DNA of 43,400 nt. Origin: an uncultured Clostridia bacterium. Lineage in GTDB: Bacteria > Bacillota > Clostridia > TANB77 > CAG-508. The notes below the pieces were generated by a model. The model made no database searches, had not been told where the DNA came from, and saw only the letters and a list, made by a program, of their open reading frames with translations. Positions 25,556-36,710 of this stretch are shown one piece after another. The DNA is taken from positions 1-43,400 of the forward strand of contig CANQRI010000113.1 of assembly GCA_947626235.1 (NCBI GenBank). Direction: 5' to 3'. Both the position numbers and the translations under genes were made by a program. Each line of letters opens with the position of its first letter. Position 1 is the stretch's first letter.

Positions 25556-25605
25556 TAATAATGATTTATTGTATTTTTATACAATAATAGAAGGGAGCTT
25601 TATAT

Positions 25606-28600
25606 ATGAGCAATTTATTACATGTAGGACTAGATGTAGGTTCTACAACTGTTAAAATAGCTGTAATGGATAAAGATTTAAATACTATATATACAGATTA
25701 TCAAAGACACTTTTCAGATACTAAAAATACTGTTTGTAAAGTGTTAGAAGATTTAATTAATAGATTTCCAAATAGTGAATTTACAATAGCACTAACGGGT
25801 TCTGGAGCAATGTCTGCTGCTAAATTTTTGGACTTACCTTTTATTCAAGAGGTAGTTTCTTGTAAAAGAACTGTAGAAAAATATATTCCTCAAACTGACG
25901 TTGTTATAGAACTTGGAGGAGAAGATGCTAAAATTATTTATTTTGGTAAATCTATTGAGCAACGTATGAATGGTACTTGTGCTGGTGGTACAGGTGCATT
26001 TATCGACCAGATGGCTTCTTTATTAAATACTGATACTGCTGGTCTTAATGAGCTTGCTAAAAATCATAAAATGATTTACCCTATAGCTTCTCGTTGTGGT
26101 GTTTTTGCTAAAACTGATATTCAACCTTTATTAAATGAAGGTGCTGCAAAAGAAGATATAGCTGCTTCTATTTTTCAAGCAGTTGTTAATCAAACTATTA
26201 GTGGTCTTGCTTGTGGAAGACCTATAAGAGGTACTGTAGCATTTTTAGGTGGTCCTCTTAATTATTTATCTGAACTTAGAAATAGATTTATAGAAACTTT
26301 AAAGTTGACTGATGAGCATATTGTTGTGCCTGATGAAGCTCATTTACTTGTTGCTAAAGGTGCTGCTTTAGATTCTATAAATTATCATAGTATTTCTACT
26401 GAAAAATTAAAGAGTAAAATAGCAGTTTTAAAATCATCTCATGATGATACTACAAACCCATTAAGTCCTTTATTTAAAATAGATAGTGAATATGATGAAT
26501 TTAAGAAAAGACATGAAAAGGATAAAGTTAAAAAGGCTGATCTTGCTTCTTATAAGGGAGATGCTTTTGTTGGCATAGACGCAGGTTCAACAACTACTAA
26601 ATTAGTTTTAATAGATAGAGATGGTGCTCTTTTATATTCTTTATATGGAAGTAATGAAGGTAACCCTTTACAAAGTGTTATAAAAATGCTTAAGACTTTA
26701 TATTCTGTTCTTCCAGAAGGAGTTACTATTAGATATAGTGGTGTTACAGGTTATGGCGAAAAATTAATTCAAACTGCTTTAAATGTTGATTTAAATGAAA
26801 TTGAAACTATAGCACATTATACTGCTGCAAAAGAATTTATGCCTGATGTTACTAGTATTGTAGATATTGGCGGTCAGGATATGAAATACATAAAAATGAA
26901 AAATGGTGCTATTGATAATATAATGTTAAATGAAGCTTGTTCTTCAGGTTGTGGCTCTTTTATAGAAACTTTTGCAAAAAGTTTAGGTCTTTCTATTGAA
27001 GATTTTGTTAATTCTGCTCTTGATGCTAGAAATCCTGTTGATTTAGGCTCAAGATGTACTGTTTTTATGAATTCTAAAATTAAACAAGCTCAAAAAGAAG
27101 GTTATAGCGTTGGAGATATTTCTGCTGGACTTTCTTATTCTGTTATTAAAAACGCTATTCAAAAAGTTATGAAAGTAAGAGATGTAAAGACATTAGGTGC
27201 ACATATAGTAGTTCAGGGTGGAACTTTTTATAATGATGCTGTTTTACGTGCTTTTGAATTAATTGTTGGAAGAAATGTTGTTAGACCAGATATTGCAGGT
27301 CTTATGGGTGCTTATGGTGTTGCCCTACTTTCTAAAGAGCAATATGAATCTAATTTTGATATGGAATATAAATCTACATTATTAAAAGAAAATGAATTAG
27401 ATAAATTAGAAATTACAACTTCTCATGTTCGTTGTAATGGTTGTGAAAATCATTGCTTACTTACTATTAATAAATTTAGTAATGGAGCTAAATATATTTC
27501 TGGAAACCGTTGTGAAAAGGGCGCTGGGGTTGAAACATCTTCTGATAAATTAATTAACATAATCAAGTATAAAAATGAAAGATTGTTTAATTATGAACCT
27601 CTATCTGAAGAAAAAGCGACTCGTGGAACAATAGGAATACCTAGAGTTTTAAATATGTATGAGGATTATCCTTTTTGGTTTACATTTTTAACTAATTTAG
27701 GCTTTAGAGTTATAATTTCTGAAAAGAGTAATAGGAAAACTTACGAAAAAGGTATTGAATCTATGCCTTCAGAGTCTGTTTGCTATCCTGCTAAACTTTC
27801 ACATGGTCATATTGTAAGTTTAATAAATAGTGGAATAAAAACTATTTTTTATCCTTGTATGCCTTATTCAAGAAAGGAATATGAAAAGGCTGATAATCAC
27901 TATAATTGCCCTATTGTTATTTCATATTCTGAAGTTTTGAAAAACAATGTAGAAGAATTAAAAGATAAAAATATTAAGTTTCTAAATCCATTTTTACCTT
28001 TTGAACCTAAAAAATTAGCAAATACTATTATGGATTTACCAGAATTTAAAGAATATAACTTTACTAAAAAAGAAGTTTTAGAGGCTGCTATAAAAGCAGA
28101 TGAAGAATATAAGAACTTTAAAAATGATATTAGAAAAAAAGGTGAAGAAGCTTTAAAATATATTGATGAGAATCATTTACATGGTATAGTTTTAGCTGGT
28201 CGTCCTTATCACACAGACCCTGAAGTAAATCATGGTATTGATACTTTAATTACAAGTTTAGGTTTATGTGTACTAACAGAAGATAGTATTTCTCATTTAA
28301 CAGAGGCTAAACGTCCTTTAAGAGTTGTTGACCAATGGGTATTTCATGCAAGACTTTATGCTGCTGCTGATTTTGTTGGAAAGCATGATAATTTAGAATT
28401 AGTTCAATTAAATTCTTTTGGATGTGGTGTTGATGCTGTTACAACAGATCAAGTTGAAGAAATTCTTTCAAGTTATGGAAAAATGTATACATTAATAAAA
28501 ATAGACGAAATAAATAATTTAGGTGCTGTAAGAATTAGAATACGTTCTCTTTTAGCTAGTATGAAAAAACGTGAAGCTCTAAAGAAACAGGAAAATACAA

Positions 28601-29922
28601 ATAACGGTAATTATGAATGTAATAAAAAAATATTTACAAAAGATATGAAAAAAGATTATACAATTTTAATTCCTCAAATGGCTCCAATTCATTTTGAATT
28701 ATTAGAGTCTGCAGTTCGTTCTTCTGGCTATAAGGTTGAACTACTTAGAGAATGTACAGAACATACTGTTGAAACTGGTTTAAAATATGTAAATAACGAT
28801 GCTTGTTATCCTTCAATATTAACTACTGGTCAAATGATTGAGGCTTTACAGTCTGGAAAATATGATTTAAATAAAACAGCTTTAATCATGTCTCAAACTG
28901 GTGGTGGTTGTAGAGCAACAAATTATATTGGATTTATAAGAAAAGCTTTAAAAGATGCTGGCTTTGAAAATGTACCTGTTATATCTTTTAATGTTGTAGG
29001 TATGGAAAAAATGCCTGGTTTTAAAATTACTATACCTTTAGTAGAGCGTCTTTTAAAAATGGTAGTATACGGAGATTTATTACAAAAAATGCTTACAAAG
29101 AACAGAGCTTATGAAGTACATAAAGGTGAAACTCAAAAACTTTTTGATGAGTGGATGCAAAAATGTAAAAAGCTTTTGGAAAAGTCTACTATGAAGGAAT
29201 TTAACAATAGTTTATATGACATAGTTAATGATTTTGAAAAAATAGAATTAGACACATCAATACAAAAACCTAAAGTTGGAATTGTTGGAGAAGTATTAAT
29301 AAAATACCATCCTTTTGGAAATAATTTTGTTGCTAACAAATTAGAAGAAGAAGGTGCAGAAGTTGTTTTACCTGATTTCATGGGATTTATTAAGTTTATT
29401 GCTACTCACAAAATTACATTTAATGAACTTATAAAAACAGATGGTGTAAAGGCTAAAATTTTTAAAACAGCTATAAAATTAATTGACATAATTGAGAAAG
29501 ATGAAAGACTTGCTCTTGAAAATTCTAAAAAAGGATATCTTCCTCCTTGCAATATTTGGGAACTTGAAGATAAGGTAAAAAATGTTTTATCTATTGGAAA
29601 TCAAACTGGTGAAGGTTGGTTTTTAACTGCTGAAATGATTGAATATATTGAACATGGTATTCCTAATATTATTTGTGTACAGCCTTTTGCTTGTTTACCA
29701 AACCATGTTGTAGGTAAGGGTGTTATAAAAACTATCAGAAATATGTTCCCTGAAGCAAATATTTCTCCTGTTGACTATGACCCAGGTGCTAGTGAAGCAA
29801 ACCAAACTAATAGAATTAAACTTTTAATGACAGTTGCAAAAGATAATTTAAAAGCAAAAAATAAATTAAATGAATTGACAGAAAAAGAAAATATTGAAAG
29901 TAAAGAAAAAGTAACTATATAA
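25606..29922 (+). CDS. Fused BCR/HAD-family protein: two BadF/BadG/BcrA/BcrD-type ATPase (activase) domains plus a C-terminal dehydratase-like (DUF2229-type) region; possibly a PlsA/PlsR-like anaerobic plasmalogen synthase
   Basis: Two ASKHA phosphate-1 motifs (GLDVGSTTVKIAV at aa 8, GIDAGSTTTKLVLID at about aa 324). Cys cluster CNGCENHC...GNRCEKG. Long C-terminal region with motifs typical of CoA-enzyme-activase-associated domains (SESVCYPAKL, NNDACYPS, QTGGGCRATNY). Confidence 0.8.
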   Translation: MSNLLHVGLDVGSTTVKIAVMDKDLNTIYTDYQRHFSDTKNTVCKVLEDLINRFPNSEFTIALTGSGAMSAAKFLDLPFIQEVVSCKRTVEKYIPQTDVVIELGGEDAKIIYFGKSIEQRMNGTCAGGTGAFIDQMASLLNTDTAGLNELAKNHKMIYPIASRCGVFAKTDIQPLLNEGAAKEDIAASIFQAVVNQTISGLACGRPIRGTVAFLGGPLNYLSELRNRFIETLKLTDEHIVVPDEAHLLVAKGAALDSINYHSISTEKLKSKIAVLKSSHDDTTNPLSPLFKIDSEYDEFKKRHEKDKVKKADLASYKGDAFVGIDAGSTTTKLVLIDRDGALLYSLYGSNEGNPLQSVIKMLKTLYSVLPEGVTIRYSGVTGYGEKLIQTALNVDLNEIETIAHYTAAKEFMPDVTSIVDIGGQDMKYIKMKNGAIDNIMLNEACSSGCGSFIETFAKSLGLSIEDFVNSALDARNPVDLGSRCTVFMNSKIKQAQKEGYSVGDISAGLSYSVIKNAIQKVMKVRDVKTLGAHIVVQGGTFYNDAVLRAFELIVGRNVVRPDIAGLMGAYGVALLSKEQYESNFDMEYKSTLLKENELDKLEITTSHVRCNGCENHCLLTINKFSNGAKYISGNRCEKGAGVETSSDKLINIIKYKNERLFNYEPLSEEKATRGTIGIPRVLNMYEDYPFWFTFLTNLGFRVIISEKSNRKTYEKGIESMPSESVCYPAKLSHGHIVSLINSGIKTIFYPCMPYSRKEYEKADNHYNCPIVISYSEVLKNNVEELKDKNIKFLNPFLPFEPKKLANTIMDLPEFKEYNFTKKEVLEAAIKADEEYKNFKNDIRKKGEEALKYIDENHLHGIVLAGRPYHTDPEVNHGIDTLITSLGLCVLTEDSISHLTEAKRPLRVVDQWVFHARLYAAADFVGKHDNLELVQLNSFGCGVDAVTTDQVEEILSSYGKMYTLIKIDEINNLGAVRIRIRSLLASMKKREALKKQENTNNGNYECNKKIFTKDMKKDYTILIPQMAPIHFELLESAVRSSGYKVELLRECTEHTVETGLKYVNNDACYPSILTTGQMIEALQSGKYDLNKTALIMSQTGGGCRATNYIGFIRKALKDAGFENVPVISFNVVGMEKMPGFKITIPLVERLLKMVVYGDLLQKMLTKNRAYEVHKGETQKLFDEWMQKCKKLLEKSTMKEFNNSLYDIVNDFEKIELDTSIQKPKVGIVGEVLIKYHPFGNNFVANKLEEEGAEVVLPDFMGFIKFIATHKITFNELIKTDGVKAKIFKTAIKLIDIIEKDERLALENSKKGYLPPCNIWELEDKVKNVLSIGNQTGEGWFLTAEMIEYIEHGIPNIICVQPFACLPNHVVGKGVIKTIRNMFPEANISPVDYDPGASEANQTNRIKLLMTVAKDNLKAKNKLNELTEKENIESKEKVTI

Positions 29923-29923
29923 G

Positions 29924-29958
29924 AAAAAATGCAAAGTATTAATTACTTTGCATTTTTT
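29924..29958. terminator. Rho-independent (bidirectional) terminator after the 1438-aa gene
   Basis: AAAAAA-TGCAAAGTA-ttaat-TACTTTGCA-TTTTTTT. Confidence 0.75.
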
Positions 29959-30049
29959 TGGCGGAACAGAGAGGATTTGAACCTCCGCGGCCCTTACGAA
30001 CCCTAGCAGTTTAGCAAACTGCCCCCTTCAACCACTTGGGTACTGCTCC
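29959..30049 (-). tRNA. tRNA-Ser (anticodon GCU), long variable arm, CCA encoded
   Basis: The reverse complement reads GGAGCAGTACCCAAGTGGTTGAAGGGGGCAGTTTGCTAAACTGC...GGAGGTTCAAATCCTCTCTGTTCCGCCA. Confidence 0.85.
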
Positions 30050-30106
30050 ATTTATATTAAATATGGAAGCTAGAAAAAGTTTATATTATATTCTAACTTC
30101 CATTTT

Positions 30107-30198
<92 letters not shown>

Positions 30199-30347
30199 GA
30201 GTGAAATGTTACTTTGCAGTAACATTATATATATTAACATATTTGTAAGCCCAATGTCAATAGTTTAAACCTTTTTTTCAAAGCTTTTACTACTATTTGT
30301 ATATGTTATTTTTTACACAAACTTTTTTTATATACATATTTTTTATA

Positions 30348-31223
30348 TTATCTATTTATTAAATCCAATATTCTTTCCAAATCTTCATTTGAAGAATATT
30401 TTATTATAATTTTACCACTTTTAGCACCTGCATCAAGCTTAACTTTTGTTCCAAAGAATCCTTGAAATCTATCTTCAATATCTCTATATATAGCCTCATA
30501 TTTTTTCTGAACTTCTTTATCCATTTTTGCTATTTTTTTAGAATTTTTAAATTTTCTCTCCATATCATGTACAGAGTCGCCACTTTCTATTATATGTAAC
30601 GCTGCTTCATATTGTTTGTCACCATCTTGGAAAGACATTAAACTTCTGCAATGACCTTCAGTTAATTTTCCTGCCAATGCTAAATCTATTACTCTTGGGT
30701 CCAAATTTAATATACGAACTGTATTTGCAAGTGTACTTCTACTTATACCCATAACATCAGAAAGCTCTTGTTGAGTAAGTCCATACTCGTCCAATAATTG
30801 TCTAAAACCTCTTGCTTTTTCTATTGGATTTAAATCTTCCCTTTGAATATTTTCTATAAGAGCTATTTCTCTTTTTCTTCTATCATCTTCATCTCTTATA
30901 ATGCATGGTATTTCTGTAAGACCTGCTTTTTTTGAAGCTCTCCATCTTCTTTCTCCTGCTACTATTTCATAATAATTATCCTTTGGAGACACAATTATTG
31001 GTTGAATTACGCCATAAACTTTTATAGATTCTGCTAATTCTTCTATTGATTCTTCATCAAAAGTTCTTCTTGGCTGATTTCTATTTGGCTCTATATTTAC
31101 TAGTTTTATTTTTTCAACTATTTCGCCATCTTTTCTTTCTTCAAAATTTATATTATTTTCCATTATAGTATTATCTCCAAAAAGAGCATCTAATCCTTTT
31201 CCTAATCCAGTTTTCTTTGCCAT
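30348..31223 (-). CDS. parB: Chromosome partitioning protein ParB/Spo0J
   Basis: Contains GLGKGLDALF, QPRR, IVAGERRWRA and an HTH (LTQQELSDVMGISRSTLAN). The start was moved to the ATG of MAKKTGLG, which follows an SD. Confidence 0.92.
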   Translation of the reverse strand: MAKKTGLGKGLDALFGDNTIMENNINFEERKDGEIVEKIKLVNIEPNRNQPRRTFDEESIEELAESIKVYGVIQPIIVSPKDNYYEIVAGERRWRASKKAGLTEIPCIIRDEDDRRKREIALIENIQREDLNPIEKARGFRQLLDEYGLTQQELSDVMGISRSTLANTVRILNLDPRVIDLALAGKLTEGHCRSLMSFQDGDKQYEAALHIIESGDSVHDMERKFKNSKKIAKMDKEVQKKYEAIYRDIEDRFQGFFGTKVKLDAGAKSGKIIIKYSSNEDLERILDLINR

Positions 31224-31249
31224 AATAATCATCCTTCCTTTATTTATTT

Positions 31250-32038
31250 TTATTTCATATGTTTTGCCTTTTGTTCTTCTTCATTAATTTTTACAAATTC
31301 TTTAACAAATTTTTCATATGATTTTGCACCCTTTGACCTTGGATCATAAATTGAAATAGGCATTCCATAGCTTGGAGACTCACTTAATTTAACATTTCTA
31401 GGGATGACTGTTTTATAAACCTTATCTCCAAAATATTTCTTAACTTCTTTAACAACTTGATTAGATAGATTTGTTCTTACATCAAACATTGTTAATAAAG
31501 CTCCTTCTATGGCTAAATCCTTATTTAAATGTTTTCTTACTAAATTAATTGTATTTATAAGTTGACCTAACCCCTCTAATGCATAATACTCACATTGTAC
31601 AGGAATTAAAACACTGTCTGAAGCAGTAAAAGCATTTAAAGTAAGTAAACCTAAAGAAGGTGGGCAATCTATTATAATATAGTGGTATTTGTCTTTAAGA
31701 CAACTTATTTTTTCCTTCATTTTTTGCTCTCTAGATTCCATTGAAACAAGTTCAACCTCTGCTCCTGCTAAATTAATACTAGATGGACATATATCTAAAT
31801 TTTTAACTTGTGTTTTTACTATAGTTTTCTCAACATCTTCATCATTAATAATAACATCATATATAGAAAGTTCAACATCTTTATCCATACCTAAACCACT
31901 AGTAGCATTTCCTTGTGGATCTGTATCGATTATTAATACTTTTTTACCTTTTTTTGCTAATATAGTACTTAAATTAACTGCGGTTGTAGTCTTTCCTACT
32001 CCACCCTTTTGATTTGCTATTGATATTATTTTTCCCAA
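31250..32038 (-). CDS. parA: Chromosome partitioning ATPase ParA/Soj
   Basis: Deviant Walker A NQKGGVGKTTT. SD GGAGGT lies 7 nt before TTG at 32038; the track starts 6 codons earlier. Confidence 0.92.
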   Translation of the reverse strand: MGKIISIANQKGGVGKTTTAVNLSTILAKKGKKVLIIDTDPQGNATSGLGMDKDVELSIYDVIINDEDVEKTIVKTQVKNLDICPSSINLAGAEVELVSMESREQKMKEKISCLKDKYHYIIIDCPPSLGLLTLNAFTASDSVLIPVQCEYYALEGLGQLINTINLVRKHLNKDLAIEGALLTMFDVRTNLSNQVVKEVKKYFGDKVYKTVIPRNVKLSESPSYGMPISIYDPRSKGAKSYEKFVKEFVKINEEEQKAKHMK

Positions 32039-32160
32039 GTTAATTACCTCCATCATTATTTTTTAACACTAAATATTCTATAAAATTATTTAATATATGT
32101 CAATAAATTTCTAAAAAAAATAGATAAATATTTTTTATAATATCTATCTACTTTCTATTC

Positions 32161-32883
32161 TTATTTAATTGGCTCTTTCGACGGCATTCCAGCTTTTCTT
32201 GGATATTTCAAAGGAGTATTTTTTACCTTCTTTATAATAATATTTTTTCTTTCAATATCTGTATCTGGCAAAATCACACTTTGTATATCTACTATCTCTC
32301 CTCCTAATATTCCACATGCAGTTTTTGCCATATCTAATTCTTCTTCTATTGATGAAGATTTCATACAAATACATTTTCCACCCACTTTTACGGTTGGAAG
32401 CATATACTCTAATAAAATGTTTAACGGTGCCACAGCTCTTGAAACAGCTATATCATACTTTTCCCTATATTTATTATCTTTTCCAAAATCTTCAGCCCTA
32501 GAATGAATAGTTGTTACATTATTTAGTTCTATCTCTTTTAATACTTCATTTAAAAAATTAATTCTCTTATTAAGTGAATCTAGTAAAGTAACATTGCTTT
32601 TATTATTCATTATAGCTATTGGTAATCCTGGAAAACCAGCTCCTGTGCCAATATCAATAACCTCATCATTATCATGAATATTATTTAAAATAGTTAAGGA
32701 ATCTACAAAATGTTTTAAAATTATTTCTTTTGGCTCAACAATGGCTGTTAAATTAACTTTTTCATTCCATTCTATTAATAACTTCATATATTTATAAAAT
32801 TTTTCAGTGTCGTGTGGCACAATATTAATATTCATTTTTTCGCATTTATTTATTAATTCTTGTGAAAATTCTTCTAAATCCAT
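32161..32883 (-). CDS. rsmG: 16S rRNA (guanine527-N7)-methyltransferase
   Basis: GidB family with SAM motif IDIGTGAGFPGLP. It holds the conserved position between mnmG and parA. Confidence 0.92.
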   Translation of the reverse strand: MDLEEFSQELINKCEKMNINIVPHDTEKFYKYMKLLIEWNEKVNLTAIVEPKEIILKHFVDSLTILNNIHDNDEVIDIGTGAGFPGLPIAIMNNKSNVTLLDSLNKRINFLNEVLKEIELNNVTTIHSRAEDFGKDNKYREKYDIAVSRAVAPLNILLEYMLPTVKVGGKCICMKSSSIEEELDMAKTACGILGGEIVDIQSVILPDTDIERKNIIIKKVKNTPLKYPRKAGMPSKEPIK

Positions 32884-32899
32884 TTTTTTCTTCCTTTCA

Positions 32900-34771
32900 T
32901 TATTTATTAGTCTCTAAATATATTAAAAGTACTGATATATCTGCTGGAGACACTCCTGATATTCTAGATGCTTGTCCAACGGAATTAGGTTTTATTCTAT
33001 TTAATTTTTGCCTTGCTTCTAACCTTAATCCTTTTATTTCTTCATAATTTATATCTTTTGGAAGAAGTTTTTCCTCCAATTTCTTAAACTTCTCAACTTG
33101 TGCTTCCTGTAATTTTATATATCCTTCATATTTTAACTCAATTTCAACTTCTTTTTTTACTTGTTCAGGCAATTCTTCCCTATCTTCATCTATATCTTTT
33201 AATGCGTCATATGTTAATTCTGTTCTTTTAATCAAATCTGCTAAACATACTCCTGTAGTTATTTCAGACGAATTATTTTTTCTTAAAAATTCATTTACTT
33301 TTTCAGAAGGTTTTATTACAGTATTTCTAATTCTTTCTATTTCTTTCTCAATTTGCTCTTTTTTTACTAAAAACTTATTATACCTTTCATCAGAAATTAA
33401 ACCTATTTCATGCCCTATTTTTAGCAACCTTAAATCAGCATTATCTTGTCTTAAAAGAAGCCTGTATTCTGCCCTAGAAGTCATCATTCTATATGGTTCG
33501 TTTGTCCCTTTTGTAACAATATCATCAATTAATACTCCAATATAAGCCTGTGATCTATCTAAAATTATAGGTTCTTTACCGTCAATTTTCCTTACAGCAT
33601 TTATTCCCGCTATTAAGCCTTGACAAGCGGCTTCTTCGTACCCAGAAGTTCCATTAGTCTGACCTGCGAAAAATAAACCATCTATTTTCTTATATTCAAG
33701 TGATAATTTTAAATCTGCTGGATTTATGCAATCATATTCTATTGCATAGGCAGGCCTTGTAAATTCAGCATTTTCTAAACCAGGAATAGTCCTATACATC
33801 GCTATTTGAACATCTTCTGGTAATGATGAACTCATTCCTTGAATATACATCTCTTCAGTATTTCTTCCTATTGGTTCAACAAATATTTGATGTCTTTCTT
33901 TATCTGCAAAACGCACAACTTTATCTTCTATTGATGGACAATATCTTGGCCCTGTTCCCACTATTTCTCCACCATATAAAGGTGAACGATGTAAATTTTT
34001 TCTTATAATTTCATGAGTTTTCTCATTAGTATATGTCAAATAACATGGTAATTGTTCCACATCTTTTTTTATTTCATCTTCAAAAGAAAAAGCTTCAGGA
34101 TTCTTATCTCCTTCCTGTATTTCCATTTTAGAAAAATCTATTGTCCTTCTATTTATTCTTGCTGGAGTACCGGTTTTAAATCTTACAAGCTCTACTCCCT
34201 CTCTTTTTAATGCCTCTGAAAGCTTATTTGCTGGAAACACTCCATCTGGTCCACTTTCAAAAGAAGTTTCCCCTATATAAATTTTTCCTTTTAAATATGT
34301 ACCTGTAGCAACAATTAACGTTTTAACATTATATATGGCCCCTATATTTGTTTCTATAGATTTTATCTTTCCATCTTCCACAACAATATCAACAATCTCT
34401 GCCTGCTTTAAATATAAATTTTCTTGCTTTTCTATAGTATGTTTCATTTCCATTTGATACATTTTTCTATCTGCTTGAGCTCTCAAAGAATACACAGCAG
34501 GACCTTTAGAAGTGTTTAGCATTCTTAATTGAGTAAAAGTCTTATCTATATTTTTTCCCATTTCTCCGCCAAGACAATCTATTTCTCTTACCAAATGACC
34601 CTTTGAACTACCTCCTATATGTGGATTACAAGGCATATTTGCTATAGCTTCTAAACTTATGGAAAAAAGTAAAGTTTTTTTACCTAATCTTGCTGAAGCA
34701 AGTGCTGCTTCACACCCAGCATGTCCTGCACCAATTACTGCTACATCAAAATTTCCTCCATTATATTTCAT
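32900..34771 (-). CDS. mnmG: tRNA uridine 5-carboxymethylaminomethyl modification enzyme MnmG (GidA)
   Basis: FAD motif [16 protein letters not shown] and full-length GidA homology. The start was set at the ATG of [10 protein letters not shown]. Confidence 0.95.
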   Translation of the reverse strand: MKYNGGNFDVAVIGAGHAGCEAALASARLGKKTLLFSISLEAIANMPCNPHIGGSSKGHLVREIDCLGGEMGKNIDKTFTQLRMLNTSKGPAVYSLRAQADRKMYQMEMKHTIEKQENLYLKQAEIVDIVVEDGKIKSIETNIGAIYNVKTLIVATGTYLKGKIYIGETSFESGPDGVFPANKLSEALKREGVELVRFKTGTPARINRRTIDFSKMEIQEGDKNPEAFSFEDEIKKDVEQLPCYLTYTNEKTHEIIRKNLHRSPLYGGEIVGTGPRYCPSIEDKVVRFADKERHQIFVEPIGRNTEEMYIQGMSSSLPEDVQIAMYRTIPGLENAEFTRPAYAIEYDCINPADLKLSLEYKKIDGLFFAGQTNGTSGYEEAACQGLIAGINAVRKIDGKEPIILDRSQAYIGVLIDDIVTKGTNEPYRMMTSRAEYRLLLRQDNADLRLLKIGHEIGLISDERYNKFLVKKEQIEKEIERIRNTVIKPSEKVNEFLRKNNSSEITTGVCLADLIKRTELTYDALKDIDEDREELPEQVKKEVEIELKYEGYIKLQEAQVEKFKKLEEKLLPKDINYEEIKGLRLEARQKLNRIKPNSVGQASRISGVSPADISVLLIYLETNK

Positions 34772-35253
34772 ATTTTTCAATCCTTCTTTCAACATATTTC
34801 ACTAAATTTAAAAATTGTTTCACGGCTTCAAACCCGCTATTTCATCAACAATTTTCGATGTTTCACAAAATAAATTGTTCAAATTTTTAACATATTTTTT
34901 TGTTATTGCAAAATTTCTGTCCTTTGTGAAACAGAAATCATTGTTTTTAAAAATCGATTTTAACTTTTTAACAAATTTTATTATTTTTGTAATAGATTTT
35001 TTATTAACTTGTCTTATTGTCAAGTATTTTTTCTTCTCTTGTTCGCTTTTATCAAGTGTTACAGCGTTTCATATTTAAACCAATATATTAAAATGTTCGC
35101 TTTTTTTTAATTTATTTGTAAAATTTTAAATCTTTTTAACCAATTTTTTTATCTTTATTATCAAATTCAATTTTAAAGCACTTTATTTTTTTAATATAAA
35201 ATTACTCATTATTTAAATTAAAATGTCTTATTTTTTATTTTCACGCTTTATTT

Positions 35254-36618
35254 TTACTTTCCTAAACAAAACTTAGAAAAAATTTCATTTATAATATCTT
35301 CAGATACGTTTTGACCTGTTATTTTGCCTAATTCTTCTAATGTTTGTTTCACATTTATAGAAATTATATCTATTGGCAAATTTAATTCTATAGAATTTAT
35401 AGCCTCATCTATATTTTTTATTGCATTTGTTATTTGAGTTTTATGTCTTATATTTGTAATTATAACTTCTTGATCTGATTCTATCTCTTTTAAATCAAAT
35501 ATATTTTCAATTTCTTTATATAAATCATCTATTCCCTCTCCGTTCATAGCTGAAATTTTTATTATTTTTTTATTTGACAATATTTTATTTTCTAACACAT
35601 TATTATTTTTGTCTATTTTATTTAATAAAATAATTGCATTTTTATTTTCTATTAATTTTAATATTTCATAATCTTCCTCATTCATTTCTCTAGTACTATC
35701 AAAAATTGCCAAAACCAATTCTGCACTTTCTGCAATATCTATTGCCCTTTTTACCCCTATTTCTTCTATTTTATCTGTTGTTTTTCTTATTCCTGCTGTA
35801 TCAACTATTTTTAAAGGTATTCCATTTACACTTATCATTTCTTCTATTGTATCTCTTGTAGTTCCTTCAACATCACTTACTATTGCTCTTTCTTCTTTTA
35901 AAATAGTATTTAAAAGTGATGACTTCCCTGCATTTGGTCTTCCTATTATAGCTGTTTTTATCCCTTCTTTTAATATTTTTCCACTATTAAAAGTCTTTTC
36001 TAAATATAATAATTTTTCTTTTATTTCCTGCAAAATATTTTTTATATTTTTATCTTTTACTTCTTCTATATCATATTCTGGATAATCAATTTGTACCTCT
36101 ATATCTGCCATAATACCCAATAACTCTTTTCTTATTTCTTCTATTTTTTTTGATAAAGCACCCTGAAGCTGATTCATAGATGCCTTTGCTTCCTTTTCTG
36201 TTTTACTATTTATAATATCTATTATTGATTCAGCTTGAGATAAATCAATTCTTCCATTCAAAAATGCTCGTTTTGTAAACTCCCCTGGCTCTGCTAATCT
36301 TGCTCCATTTTTTATACATTCCTCTAATATTTTTCTTTCTACTACCATTCCACCATGAGAATTAATTTCGCACATATCTTCCCTTGTATAACTTTTTGGA
36401 TTTTTAAAAAATGAAACTAAAACCTCATCTATTTTTTCACCAGTTTCTGTATTTTTTATAAATCCATATTTTATTGTATATCCTTCTATTTTTTCTATAT
36501 CAAATTTTTGTGAAATAAATATTTTTTCTAATATTTTAAAACATTCTTTTCCACTCATTCTTATTATTCCAATTCCGCCATTTCCTATTGCCGTAGATAT
36601 TGCCACTATTGTTTCCAT
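35254..36618 (-). CDS. mnmE: tRNA modification GTPase MnmE (TrmE)
   Basis: G1 motif GRPNAGKSSLLN, DTAGIR, and the C-terminal FCLGK. SD AGGAGG precedes ATG at 36618 (METIVAISTA). Confidence 0.95.
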   Translation of the reverse strand: METIVAISTAIGNGGIGIIRMSGKECFKILEKIFISQKFDIEKIEGYTIKYGFIKNTETGEKIDEVLVSFFKNPKSYTREDMCEINSHGGMVVERKILEECIKNGARLAEPGEFTKRAFLNGRIDLSQAESIIDIINSKTEKEAKASMNQLQGALSKKIEEIRKELLGIMADIEVQIDYPEYDIEEVKDKNIKNILQEIKEKLLYLEKTFNSGKILKEGIKTAIIGRPNAGKSSLLNTILKEERAIVSDVEGTTRDTIEEMISVNGIPLKIVDTAGIRKTTDKIEEIGVKRAIDIAESAELVLAIFDSTREMNEEDYEILKLIENKNAIILLNKIDKNNNVLENKILSNKKIIKISAMNGEGIDDLYKEIENIFDLKEIESDQEVIITNIRHKTQITNAIKNIDEAINSIELNLPIDIISINVKQTLEELGKITGQNVSEDIINEIFSKFCLGK

Positions 36619-36639
36619 TTTTCCTCCTATTTTATTTAT

Positions 36640-36699
36640 CAAAAAAGTCAAAGTAAGAACTCAGTTTAATTATTTTAAACTAAAATCCGAACTTTGACT
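36640..36699 (-). terminator. Hairpin terminator downstream of jag
   Basis: On the minus strand, AGTCAAAGT...ACTTTGACT followed by TTTTTT. Confidence 0.55.
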
Positions 36700-36710
36700 T
36701 CCGATTTTTA

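Noticed and set aside
34820-35023. 67-aa minus-strand ORF in the mnmG-mnmE spacer.
   Set aside because: It has a TTG start with a poor SD and a Lys-rich low-complexity sequence. The spacer is better described by its repeated TGTTTCAC motifs.
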